From Octopus sinensis (Eukaryota): a stretch of 64,000 bases of DNA. The position numbers and the translations under genes are program-made. Location: NCBI RefSeq assembly GCF_006345805.1, contig NC_042997.1, positions 77,314,001 to 77,378,000 on the forward strand, read 5' to 3'. Positions 1-11,515 of this stretch are shown here, in pieces. Below the pieces are notes generated by a model. That model had not been told where the DNA came from and did not search any database. It saw only the letters and a program-made list of their open reading frames with translations. Position 1 is the first letter of the stretch. Each line of letters opens with the position of its first letter.

Positions 1-238
1 GGGTGTTCATCTTAAAACTAAATGGGAAGTCAGGTTATCAACTAGATTGTATTTTGGCAAAAATCAGAGTACAAACAGTTGTTTTGAACTCCAGCCTATG
101 TAATATCAATAGTACAGAATCCTAACCTTACCAGTTACAGTGTCTCTCTATTACAATGTCATAATATTTATTGTGAAAATTATCCTTTTGTATACATTTG
201 ATTTATGATTATCTTTTGTTGGGAATGTTTTATAACAG

Positions 239-342
239 AAAACTTACCAATGCCCTCCAAACCTTCTTTGTGCCTGTATTGAATTTCTACATGCCCTTTG
301 GGCTGGTATGAGAGAAACAGCAATGAGTGTTCTCAGAACCAA
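239..342 (+). CDS. NUP188: NUP188 internal coding exon (first in window)
   Basis: cag|AAA...AA|gtaagt; KTYQCPPNLLCACIEFLHALWAGMRETAMSVLRTK resembles human NUP188 YWCPPLLHRAAIAFLHALWQDRRDSAMLVLRTK (recalled). Confidence 0.92.
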
Positions 343-429
343 GTAAGTTACATATTATTTATTATTACAGTTCAAAGATGTATCTAGAATGCTTTTGCAT
401 AAAAACAAAGGGAGGAGTACATGAAAATC

Positions 430-1950
430 ACAAGGGTATACATTTGTTGTGCTTAGCTGAAAAAATGCTTGTGTAGGTGATTCTTAACCACATCAATAAA
501 TATCTAGTAAACAGCTTTTATCCTAAATCCCAATGTGGAATTTGGACTTGGGAGAGGCACAATTTACATGATTTTTACCTTTAAACAAGTTTAAGGAGAA
601 ACATGTGAGAAAAATACTGACTTGTACATGGTATTTGTTGACTTAGCCAAAGCCTTTGATATAGTGAATTGTGAGCAGCTTTGGGAAATTTTGCCAAAAC
701 TTAGTCTTCCTGATAAGATGATAAGGGTAACAGTATCTTTGCATAAAGGAATGATGGTAGCAGTGATATCTAATGGTCAATGTTCAGAGGCATTTTCTGT
801 TTTCACTGGAACTAAATAGGGTTGTATTTTAGCTCCTGTACTTTTTGCCATATTTTTTCAATGATGCTCCAAAATGCTTTTAAGGATTACCACAAAGGTG
901 TAAAATTTCAGTTTCACACAGACTGAGGTCAACAAAACTTAAATGGGTAAAGCTTCAGATCAAAGTAAGAAAAAGACCAAAGAAGGGATTCTATGTGGTT
1001 TACTGTTTGCTGATGACTGCGCTTTGATTTTTCATACATTTCAGGAAATTCAGGAAATAGTTGCCAGGTTTACTGCACCAGCTCATGTATTTGGGCTAAC
1101 TATCAGCATTAAGAAGACTGAAGTTTTATTCCAAACAAAGTCTGGGACAGAACATACTCAAGATTCAAACATGAGGATTGACAATAAGCCACTCAAATGG
1201 GTCGGGTCACTTAAATATCTTGGTTGGAAGTATAATAAACTTTAAGAATACTCTTGATGCTGAAATCAATGTTAGAATATATAAGGCTACAGGTGCTTTT
1301 GGAAAACTTTCCTATCGTTTGTTGGTTGAAAATGGTGTCAGATTGAAACTAAAATAAATATATACAAACCTTGTATTTTGAGCACATTTTTGTATAGAGC
1401 AGAAGCATGGACCTCCCTACTACAGACATATAAAGAAACTTGAAACCCTCCACATGTGTTGTCTGTGCAATGTCTGCAACATAAAATGGCAAGACAAGAA
1501 CATCAAATATCAAAACTTTAGAAAAATGTGATATTTCACTATTGAAAGCATGCTGTTGATAATTCAGTGCAGATGGGGAGGACATGTTGTTCGAATGGAA
1601 GATGACTGCATTCTAAAAATTCTTTTGTATAGCCAACAAGTGGAGAGATTCTGCAGTAAAGGAAGACCCATCTTTAGGTATAAAGATAAGTTGAAATGAT
1701 CATTAAAATCCCTACAGCTTGATGAAACATTTTGGGAAAGCTATTGCTTAGATCAGTCTAAGTGGTGTAAAATGTGTTATGATGCATCTAAACAATTTGA
1801 GTTGAAGAAATAGAACAATAAAAGAATTATATCCTACTATCAACAGGCCCTTTGTCCAATCCTAAGCAAAATCAAAATCACCAGTGTCCCCATTATGACT
1901 TCATAGCAAAATCCATACCGGGACTCAAATTACATTCACAAAGATGTCCT
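430..1950 (+). mobile_element. Degenerate RTE (BovB-like) LINE, RT and C-terminal region
   Basis: Broken ORFs 622-819 (MVFVDLAKAFD...GTK*GC) and 943-1245 (LFADDCAL...KYLG), plus RTE-type tail residues (NIKWQDK, W.GHV.RMED); many stops and frameshifts. Confidence 0.85.
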
Positions 1951-1964
1951 ATGTTATAAAGGTG

Positions 1965-2575
1965 AATAGGGACAGAAGATCTGAAGGAGAAATAGATGAT
2001 GGTGTAGGATCCAGAGAGAGTTTTTGAAGGAAAGAGTGGTATGGGAGTAAGTTGGGGGGGGGGGTATTGAGAAGGGAAAGATATAGGGAGAGGAAATGAG
2101 AAAAAAAAGGTGAAAGAGAAGTGGATGAATATAGTGAGAAAAGAAAGGGTATTGTAGAGTAGGGGAAGTCAGAGAAAGAGTAGGGGGATTGTAGGTGAAT
2201 GCAGTGAGCAGTAGAGGGCACCAGCAAGGTGTAAAGATGGGTAGAGTGATAAAGGCAAGACTAAGTGTTGACTGGTAATGGATATGACCCAATGGAGAGT
2301 GTGTTGGTTTGTAGTTCAGCAGGACAAGTATAGCAGGGTAAATGTTGTGTAAGTAGGAGTGAGAGTTCAGTGTGAGCCTAGAAGACAAGGGGTTGAGATG
2401 TGAAGTAGATGATGATGGTGTAGTCCTCCCAGATTAGTAGAAAGATGAGAGATAGTTGTGGCAGGGGTTGTGAGTGATAGAGGTAAGAGTCATGGAGAGG
2501 TGAGTGAGAATGCAAAGTGAAGAGGAAGAGGTAAAGGGAATGGGTACATAGGTAGGTAGATAGATATTGATAGTT
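1965..2575. repeat. Purine-rich (G/A) low-complexity tract, possibly a decayed TE 5' region
   Basis: Strong G/A strand bias like 28150-28650 and 63480-64000; no credible protein. Confidence 0.5.
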
Positions 2576-3014
2576 GTCTAAAACTTTATGAGTCAGGAAA
2601 ATAAAATGTTCATATATTGGTTAACAGAGTGGGTTTATTATTAGTAATAAAATATATTACATTCTCATAACAGTCACTTTACCTGTTTCATAGAAGAGTT
2701 GAGATAATTCCAACAATCTGAATGGAATAGTACAGGATGGGCTCTTTGTGATGTAGGTCTAAAAGTGTTACATTCAGTCTGCTGTAAAACCAGAATGAAA
2801 TCTTTGGTCAAAACTAGGGAGAAATTTTTTTTACTTCATAGGAGTTATGCTCCTTGGATTTAGGAGCAAAAAAAAAAATCACTGTATGGGGTGTATTTGC
2901 TTCTAGGGTGGGGTACAGGTACAAGCAGTGGAGATGGCAGATGATGAAGTTAGGTTACATTTAACATCATTTGTGGTCATAATATATATATATTATATAT
3001 ATATTATACCACAG

Positions 3015-3225
3015 CGGCAAGCTGGCAGAAACGTTAGCACGCCGGGCAAAATGCGTAGCCGTATTTCGTTTGTCGTTACGTTCCGAGTTCAAATTTCGCT
3101 GAGGTCGACTTTGCCTTTCATCCTTTCGGGGTCGATAAATTAAGTAACAGTTACACGCTGGGGTTGATGTAATCGACTTAATCCCTTTGTCTGTCCTTGT
3201 TTAGCCCCTTGTGGGTAGTAAAGAA
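3015..3225 (+). mobile_element. tRNA-headed SINE with Nin/Deu-like core; young insertion
   Basis: Head ...GTTCAAATT, core GTCGACTTTGCCTTTCATCCTTTCGGGGTCGATAAA; exact 20-bp TSD ATATATATATTATACCACAG at 2995-3014 and 3226-3245. Confidence 0.9.
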
Positions 3226-3429
3226 ATATATATATTATACCACAGTTGAGTGAGTGTGGGGAAAAACTCATGGAGGTGCTCCAATGCAGTTAGCCAGTAT
3301 GCTAAGACACAATCAGAGGTTGGTGCACTGCTGGACAAAATTCTTTTGTATAACTCTTTTCTCAACCAAGCAGTATAAATAAATTCAAAAGACAAACTAT
3401 CTGATAAAGTGTTCTTTGCAATGGCTTGC

Positions 3430-3927
3430 TTAACCCTTTAGCATTTAAACCGGCCATATCCAGCCAAAATATTCCACTTGTATTATGTTCAAACTGGTCA
3501 GATCTGGTCTCTCATACCTACCCTACAATACCTAACCACTATATATCGTCTTACTGTAGTGAGTTTGAATTCTTCCCCTTACACTTAGAGAAAGGTGGAT
3601 TTCACCAAGCTAGCTTCCTTTAAATATGCTACATGAAGTGAACTTTCATATTTCTACCACCCAATGGGGTAATTGTTAAAGCCAACGTAATCTGACTGAC
3701 TTAACCCTTTAGTGTTCTGATTATTGTATCAAACATAATGCTTACTGATTCACATTGATTTGAATTAATCATGCATTATCTCATATCTTCAAGATCTTGA
3801 TGGTGTAATTACCTAATGTAGAATAACATTGTAGGGTAGGTGTGAGAGCCTGGATCTGGTCAGTTTGAACATAAAATAGATTAAATATTTTGGCCGGATA
3901 TGGCCGGTTTAAATACTAAAGGGTTAA
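3430..3927. mobile_element. piggyBac-like (TTAA) MITE composite
   Basis: TTAA|CCCTTTAGCATTTAAACCGGCCATATCC... and ...GGATATGGCCGGTTTAAATACTAAAGGG|TTAA; ~100-bp inverted arms; a third TTAACCCTTTAG end at 3701. Confidence 0.88.
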
Positions 3928-4606
3928 ATCATTGTTATTATTAGTTATCAGTGAAAGGTTAAGGAATAGTTACAAACAATTAAAATCTTGATTAAAATGC
4001 TTAACACCATTTAGTATTATCCCTCTATGTTCTGAAATGTGTCTTTACCCCTAGGGAAAGTGAATTTATTATTATTATTATGCCGCCACCGCCAAATTTC
4101 TATTGAACAAAACCTTCCTCTACATCTCTATATTAATTTTTTCAATTTATAAAAATATAAATTTATAAAGCTACATTTAGAACAAAAATATTGAATCATC
4201 AAGAAATGATTTATCTCGGAATGAATTCAGCAGTAAATAATAACTTATAGTACACCTTGTTAAAAACCATGCTTTGTTGGATTACAAATGATGCATGGTT
4301 GGAGTCGTGCAAGTAGTTTTACACTGTTATCCCATTGTATGAAGTTTTTTACCTCGTGGATTATATTATTTATAGCTGAATTTACTTTAAGACACAGCCA
4401 TTAATAAAAGTTTATTAAAAAAAACTACAATCTACATTTTGTAGAAATAGTGGAACCCAAGTTTTATTATAATCTTTCTTCTTGAATAGTTTTCAAAGGT
4501 TAATGTAAATTATTCATACATCATAAAGACTTGGAAAATCTTAACTTCAATTTGATTATGTACCATATGAAATCTAAAAAAAAAACTTCTTTTTTTCGTA
4601 TGACAG

Positions 4607-4679
4607 AGAGAATTTCTGGGTTAGTATATGTGCTCCTCTAAAAGGAGACATTGAAGATGACAATGAAGGCAAAGAGGAA
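4607..4679 (+). CDS. NUP188: NUP188 coding exon
   Basis: cag|A...GAA|gtaagt; ENFWVSICAPLKGDIEDDNEGKEE; completes the phase-2 codon of the previous exon; similar to KFWENLTSPL. Confidence 0.88.
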
Positions 4680-6244
4680 GTAAGTTTAATTTACAGAAAA
4701 GATTTATTGAACTGCATGGCATTGTTTTTTCTTGTAAAACAAAAAATAAAGTGTTTTTCATTTGATAGTACAAATCTATGGGGGGAAAAAAAGAAAGAAA
4801 AAGTCATATTATTTTTCAAACTTCTTTTTAAATCGAATTATATTCAAATTCCTGTTTGAATGGATTTTTAATTGATAAACAAAATTTAATTATCAAATAT
4901 TCTGATTTAATTAACCTATTGTTTTTAAATCCCTTTAATCATGCTGTCAACTTTTTTGATATTGTTGCTCTAATTTGTAAAATATTCCTGAACAAATGAT
5001 GATTCCTTGTTTTAATAAGTTCTCAAATTCCAGTTCTAATTGAATGTTTTACCATTATTTATTACTGTTTGGTTCTGGACATTGTTAAAGTCAAAGTAAA
5101 GTCTCAAATTCAAAAATTTAGAGAACTGTTTTTTTCTTATTCGGCTGAATGGACAGAAGTATTATCACATTGGTATCTTGTGGTCTTAGTTGGTGATTCT
5201 TTTGTTATGTTTCTTGTTTGTGATAGTGTGCAGTTATAATATTCATGCAGAAAACTACTTACACTATTACTTCATTAGTTATGAATTTCTACAATAAAAA
5301 ATGGCCTGCTACCTGTTACTAAAGACTATTATATCAACCTTCTCTTATCTCTTAAACACAGATTTTTCTGCTAGTCCTATTTGTTCTAGCTACTGATCAG
5401 TTTGTCTCTTTGAATCTTTCAATTTCTTTTTTATGGCCTTCAAACTATGACCTTCATAATGAAAGAAAAAAGGTCCTCATGTTTTTGAACTATGACAAAC
5501 ATTTACTCCCTTTAGTGAATGACACCAAGAGAAATAATAAGTTTTTTACCATTTTGTGCTTTATTTTTACACTTCAGTCAACTACACTTCAAAATAAATG
5601 TTGTAGTAATTTTCCTGATAAACACAGTATTTATAGCCTGTTTTTTCAAATCCAAAGGATACATTGACTTTCCTGAAATAAATGATATTAACAGGTTAAG
5701 ATATTTCCATTTGTTTTGTTGCCACTTATCATTTGATTATCAGAAATATTCATATTGTTTACTTGTAACACAGTAAATTCTATAAGGGGCCTTCATAAGT
5801 TTACTGTTAGAATCTATCTTTACTATACTGTTTTATGTTAATTAGAGAACAAAGAGGGCATCTAGAATTATGTTATAAACTCATTTATTGAAATTAAATT
5901 AACAATTGCTTTTTATTGTTAACATTCTGGAGACAATGTCATCTACCTGACATACAAGTCTTAATTTATTGCTACTTTTCTTTATGCTGTCTTTTCCTTC
6001 CGTCTGACCATTATCTCCATTACCTTGATTCAACTACTTCTTTCTCCCAGAATATGGTTGACTACCTGTGAAGGCTACAGATACTGCCTCTCCTCATCAA
6101 ACTAATTAATAATTTTAAAATAATTTTGTGTACTTCAAAATCACATGGATAGAATGACATAGAAATGTTTGCAGTTCCTCAATTGCAAAATATTGTCAGT
6201 AATATCAGTTTTAAAATGTTATTCATTGAAGCTTCTTAATAACA

Positions 6245-6670
6245 TCATCATCATCATCAAAACTCCTTTTACATTGCCTTTTCCATCTACTCATGTGGTT
6301 AGATGATCATCACAGGCCAAGCAAATTCATATTTATGTCCTCCTGGACAGGTAGTAGGACCATGTTTTGCTCATACATTTCAATTTTGGCATGTTTTCTA
6401 TAGCTGAATGCCTTTTCTATTGTCAACTACCTTACAGAATCTATTGGATGTGTTTCATTGTGGGATCAACATTAGGGAGGTTGTCTTGCCCTGATAACAC
6501 TAAAGAGTCCTTTCTACCCTACAGTTTCTCAGTTCATTCACCTGCACCAGAGGCTCAGAGGGTGATAGAAGGGACAGTGAATTACAGTTGTGTGACAGTT
6601 GTTGGTAAGGAGATTCAATAGAAACAGAATGAGTGACATAAAGAAAAGAGATTGACAAGAGGGAAGCAGA
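6245..6670 (-). mobile_element. Old RTE-3'-end-related repeat followed by a purine-rich tract
   Basis: (CAT)n tail and degenerate 'tggcatgttttctatagctgaatgccttt' core shared with copies at 15700, 24290 and 34400. Confidence 0.55.
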
Positions 6671-6858
6671 ATGAAACTATTTTGTCTCTGACTTACATAT
6701 TAATGAATTAAAATGTAAAAGTGACTTAAAAAAACCTACTGAAGTTTCTCACAAATTGTTCACAATCTTGCTGCCCTAACATAGTCCCAACCAACTGGCT
6801 GCAGTCAGTAAAAGTTTGTAAAATTTATTGATCAGTTTCTTATATCTTTTGTTTACAG

Positions 6859-6941
6859 ATGCAGTTGTATAGGTTTGCTGACATCAAAACTGTAGCCTAT
6901 GTCTTTCTCATCCTTGCACAAGAGAGTTATACAGTTCCAAG
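6859..6941 (+). CDS. NUP188: NUP188 coding exon
   Basis: tttacag|ATG...AG|gtaat; MQLYRFADIKTVAYVFLILAQESYTVP; phase 0 in, 2 out. Confidence 0.82.
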
Positions 6942-6989
6942 GTAATCTATTGAGTAACTTTCTTTTCTTTGCCTATTTTTTTTTGTTAT

Positions 6990-7830
6990 TAGTTTAAGGA
7001 AGGGAACTGGGCCTATGACATTCTCTGTTGAAAGATGTCTAAGTAGGAAAGGCATGTACTAAGAGTGAATTCCAGAGAACCAACGTTTTGAGAAAGAACT
7101 AGGCATAGAGGTTAGTATAGGGCCTGTGGTGTTGAACACAATATGGATGAAAGTAAGAGAGACAAGTAAGTTGATAATGTCTAAATAGAGAAAGCTTCAA
7201 GAAGCAGAGGTAAACTCTGTGGACTAGGGATTAGAGCATGTTTGTGAGTGACTTCACACCAATATTTTCTCTGGATGCAGTCTAGGATATCTCTTTGTGT
7301 ATAATAATACCAATGTTCCAGATATGAGAGAAAAACTAAATATTCCATTGTAGATCTCAACTCAACTTTGTAGAGGGTTAATACTTGTTTGGAACTTGAG
7401 TATTTTTTAACTCTGAGAAGAAGAGTCAATGCAGTCTTTGTTATGTTAAGGATACAGGTTCTCAGGAGAGATACTCAGTGAGAGGTCAAGTATTTGAAGC
7501 AATCACAAGTGTTCTTAGTTGCATACCACTCATGTTTAGGGGTTAGTGGGTAGGGTGATGTGTGATAATGTTTTCTAGATTTATGCATTTTTTTATAAAA
7601 CAAGTTTGTCATGTTTTTAAGGTTTTTGTTCCTGGAGTTTGTATAGATTTGGCATGGTAAGAGGTAAAAGCTCATTGGTGAGCTACATAGGAGAGTAGGT
7701 CTCCAGTCAGTTTATCTTTACAAAAGTCATAATGGTGGCCATTAAGAAATGAGAGGGATTCAGGCTGTTGGAGACAATTGTTATTGATGGATGTCTCTAT
7801 CACCTTTAAAATATTGGAAAGTAGAGGCTT
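6990..7830 (-). mobile_element. Degenerate CR1/L2-like LINE 3' fragment
   Basis: ORF 7181-7429 LLRVKKYSSSKQVLTLYKVELRSTMEY...LDCIQRK resembles the LLTLYKAQIRP.MEY...LD.IQRK motif downstream of CR1/L2 RT. Confidence 0.7.
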
Positions 7831-8024
7831 TTTTCTTAAAATATTTTCACAGTACTGATGCAGTGGTCATCTCTATCAAATACAGATATCTTTTACAGGT
7901 GACCTTAACTTCAATACAAACTTGTTATATCATTTTTGTAGCTTCTCTTTGGGAAATGTAAAATGTTTTGTTTTATAATGGCTACTTCATGTTTGACATG
8001 TACTTTTATTTGTTCTTTCAACAG

Positions 8025-8100
8025 AGCTAAATTAGATGAAAATTTTAAGGCTGAGATGGCAGTACTTTCTAAAGGAAACAGAATAAAATATTGGTCTACA
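8025..8100 (+). CDS. NUP188: NUP188 coding exon
   Basis: ttcaacag|A...ACA|gtatgt; AKLDENFKAEMAVLSKGNRIKYWST, similar to SLDQSLKDTLKKFSIEKRFAYWS. Confidence 0.88.
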
Positions 8101-8955
8101 GTATGTATTGTCAGTATTTGAAATATTTTTATTGAAGGGAATATATTTTTGTGTTATTATCAACAATATCTTTTAGTATTTAGTAATTGAAATTCCTGTC
8201 AGAATTTATTAAACTTTCAAACACTGCATCTTCAATTTTTTTTATTGATTCAAATATTATCCTTATTTTCTTATTTCTGTTTCTTTTCAGTTTTTCATTT
8301 TCTTATTGTTATATGTTTACTTTATTTTCTCAAAGTGTTACTCTGGAACAGACTTTGCTAAGTTATTGACTAAGGTTGACTTAACTGTTATCTGTCCCAG
8401 GATCAAGAAGAAATTAATAAAAAAATAAGGTTAACAAAGCTACTTACTGTTTTGTTTTAATACTTTGCTTATAGGTTTAGTGGTTGAATTTTAAAATTAT
8501 AAGAAGAAATACAATACATGAGTTCACTATAAATATGTTGTTTAGACTCATTTAATACAAATAGGTTTGGTTGCAAGCACAAATATCTGACAAAATGAAT
8601 TATACAGAAGTTGTATAATTACTGGATGTCTTTAATTATAATTAAACATATCAGATATTTGTGTTTCAAATAGTACCATCATAAATACTAAAAGTGAGTA
8701 GCATTTTGTTACATCAGTGTATGTATCTTTGTGTGTAAGCTTTCTAATTCCCTATGTATTTTTATTAATTGAAGAGCTAGAGTGACTCAAGAGCCTTGAG
8801 TTTGGTGCCATTGCATTTATCAACATCTGACAAGTGCATTGGCTTAAGACACTAGGCTAATAAAAATACAAATATTCTATTTCATTTAAGTTACTTCATT
8901 CTTGATCTAATCATTGTACATGGTATTAATAAATTTAAATATTTTATGATAATAG

Positions 8956-9096
8956 TTTATCAAGAATTCTCTAAAAGAAATTGCAGAACAAGATGACCTT
9001 CATGTCTACTTGACCTATGACAGTGTCAAGGATGGTTCCCCATTACTTCTTCTAAAATCTTGGAAAAACTGGTTGATTACAATCTCTAAGTTAAAG
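8956..9096 (+). CDS. NUP188: NUP188 coding exon
   Basis: aatag|TTT...AAG|gtatgt; 47 open codons FIKNSLKEIAEQDDLHVYLTYDSVKDGSPLLLLKSWKNWLITISKLK. Confidence 0.82.
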
Positions 9097-9295
9097 GTAT
9101 GTAAACATTTTAGAGCTGGTCTTTATTTTCTTATTATTTATTGTTTGTAGGTTTTCACATTAGCTCTTATTTCTTACATTGTTTTTATCAAGTTAAAAAG
9201 GAATCATGGTCTTAAATTCCAGTAATTAAAACCTTTTTCTCCAATCTCACTTCATTCAGTTTGTTACATTGCTTTGATTTTTTTTTCTTTTTTAG

Positions 9296-9370
9296 ATTCC
9301 TGGTGTAAATCTCACAGATGAACTTAAATCACAAATTTTGTCTGATTTACTTTCTAGTATCCAATATTTA
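9296..9370 (+). CDS. NUP188: NUP188 coding exon
   Basis: Long polypyrimidine tract, tag|ATT...TTA|gtaagt; IPGVNLTDELKSQILSDLLSSIQYL. Confidence 0.87.
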
Positions 9371-9884
9371 GTAAGTATAATTTATGATTTTTTTATGAGA
9401 AACAACTTTACAAGAGTTCTACATTACTCTGAGCTTTTGGAAATGAAATCTAAAATTTGTATCATTATTTTTCTCATTCTATTAAAGTATATTTTTTGTG
9501 TCATAAATTTAAGCTAGTGTTGACTACAAATAAATTTGGCCATAATATAAGGGGAAGAGTTCAAACATTGTTTTTAAAGCATCATTAAATTAAAAGAAGA
9601 GGAACCCTAAGATGATCCAGAATTCTACAGTTTTATATGAGTTTCTGTAGATTTGTTATCTTTATACAGAGATTTAAAATGTATTTATAAACTAAGATTT
9701 TTTGGATATACTGAAATCATTTTGGGCATATATTATTCTGAATAATATTTTAAGATGATACATGTCCCAAAACCCTAATTCTGTCCCACTCATCAGTTTT
9801 ATTCCTGAAGATGAAGCAGGTAGTAATTTGTTTTAGGGTTTGTTATGGGGTTAGTTAGCTTTATATAGGGTTATGGGGCTGATG

Positions 9885-10495
9885 CCAGTGCTGTCTGACT
9901 GGCACCCATACTGATGGCACATAAAAAGCACAATTCAAGCGTCGCTGATGTCTGTGATCCCTGACTGGCATCTGTGCCGATGGCACATAAGAAACACTAT
10001 TCTAGTGTTGCCAATGCCAGTGTCGCTTGATTGGCTCCCATGTCAGTGACATGTAAAAAGCAACATTCAAGTATGGCCAGTGCCAATGGCATGCAAAAAT
10101 CTCTATTTGAGCGTGACCAATGCCAGTGCCACCTGACTGGCACCCGTGCCAGTAACATGTAAAAAACATCATTTGAGTGTGGTTGATGCCAGTGCCATTC
10201 GAATGTGACCGATGCATGTAAAAGGCACCATTCAAGCATGACTGATGCCAGTATCGCCTGAGTGGCACCTGACATGTAAAAAGTACCATTTGAGTGTGGT
10301 CTATGCCAGTGCAGTGGCACATAAAAAGCACTCACTACACTCTCAATGTGGTTGGCATTAGGAAGGATATCAAGTTGTAGAAACCTTGCCAAATCAGATT
10401 GGAGCCCGGTGCAGCCTCCTTGCTTGCCAGTCGTCAATCAAACTGTCCAACCCATGCCAGTGTGAAAAACTGATGTTAAACAATGATGATGATGG
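9885..10495 (+). mobile_element. RTE 3'-UTR-derived repeat with a diverged ~55-60-bp subunit array
   Basis: About 8 units of GCCAGT..ACTGGC..ATGTAAAAAGCAC, then the conserved tail (GGTTGGCATTAGGAAGG...CCAACCCATGC...(GAT)n). Confidence 0.85.
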
Positions 10496-10504
10496 GGCTA
10501 ATTA

Positions 10505-10670
10505 ATAAGATTCTGCTGACATCAACTTTGCCTTTCATCCTTTCAGGATCGATAAAAATGTACCAATCGAAGGTGGTGGATTAATGGAACTGGGAGAATG
10601 TCAGATCAAATACCTTGTGGTATTTGTTCTGGTACTTTGTATTATGAGTTCAAATTTTGCTATGGCCTGT
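10505..10670 (+). mobile_element. Nin-like SINE fragments
   Basis: CAACTTTGCCTTTCATCCTTTCAGGATCGATAAAA core followed by a second partial head. Confidence 0.6.
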
Positions 10671-11017
10671 GTGGGTGGTGGACTTAACCTGTTTCTTGAT
10701 TTAACACCACCACTTTAGGGACCTTTAGCAGAATTCACTCCATTGCATTATCTGGGCCAGATTTAATGTTCCTACCCCACTTCCTCCTACCAGTCTTGGA
10801 GACCTTAAAACAGATCATGAATATTGCCTTTCTTCTTAAAAGATAAAAGAAAAAGAAAATTAAACTTTATCATCCAAACTGTAAACATAGATACTGCTCC
10901 CAGTCAGTGTTAGCCTCCTATAAGTCCAATGTAATGTTGTAGAAAGGAGATGTGAGAATCCTGTATTTATTTGGTTTTTACACTTATTTTTCAAAATATG
11001 TCTTTGCTCTGCTCCAG

Positions 11018-11103
11018 GTAAAGGATGATTTGTCTTTGTATAAAGTAAAGCTGGCTTGTATCACCAGTGCCACTTATTTCACAGTTATGACCAGTTGGGT
11101 GAG
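11018..11103 (+). CDS. NUP188: NUP188 coding exon
   Basis: ctccag|GTA...AG|gtaaat; VKDDLSLYKVKLACITSATYFTVMTSWV. Confidence 0.85.
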
Positions 11104-11515
11104 GTAAATTATACCACTTTCATTTTATTTAATTATCAATCCTTCTAAACTTAATTATGTTTATTTCTTTTTCTAAATTTAATAAAACAATCCAACTAAA
11201 CAAGCAGATTCAGATATAATTGCCTGCTTTCCTCAAAATTTAAGACCCATATTGTCTAAAAAGGAAAGAAGTAACCAAAAGTATTAGATAGCTATCTGGA
11301 AAAATGTATGGACACAATGATCCACTCCTCTTTGTTGTTCTAAATAAATAAATTGTTGTTCTGATATGGTACTCAACTCATTTTAAAGATGTCAATAAAA
11401 AGGTAACAAATTCAAAACAAAATGTGTATAATAGTGATTATTATATATACATTATATCTTAACACAGTTTGGAAACTAAACATGTCATTTTATAATCAGA
11501 ATTTCAAGTTAAATA

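Noticed and set aside
1949-2388. S/P/L/F-rich minus-strand ORFs here and at 63470-63970
   Set aside because: By-product of pyrimidine-rich composition; no recognisable domain.
8775-8850. Small multi-hairpin in an intron (ACTCAAG..CTTGAGT; GCCATTGCA..TGCATTGGC) as a snoRNA or tRNA-like RNA
   Set aside because: The stems are short, and no convincing H/ACA, C/D or tRNA consensus is present.
9790-9830. Hammerhead ribozyme core (CTGATGAG on the minus strand)
   Set aside because: No downstream stem II plus GAAA or matching helices.
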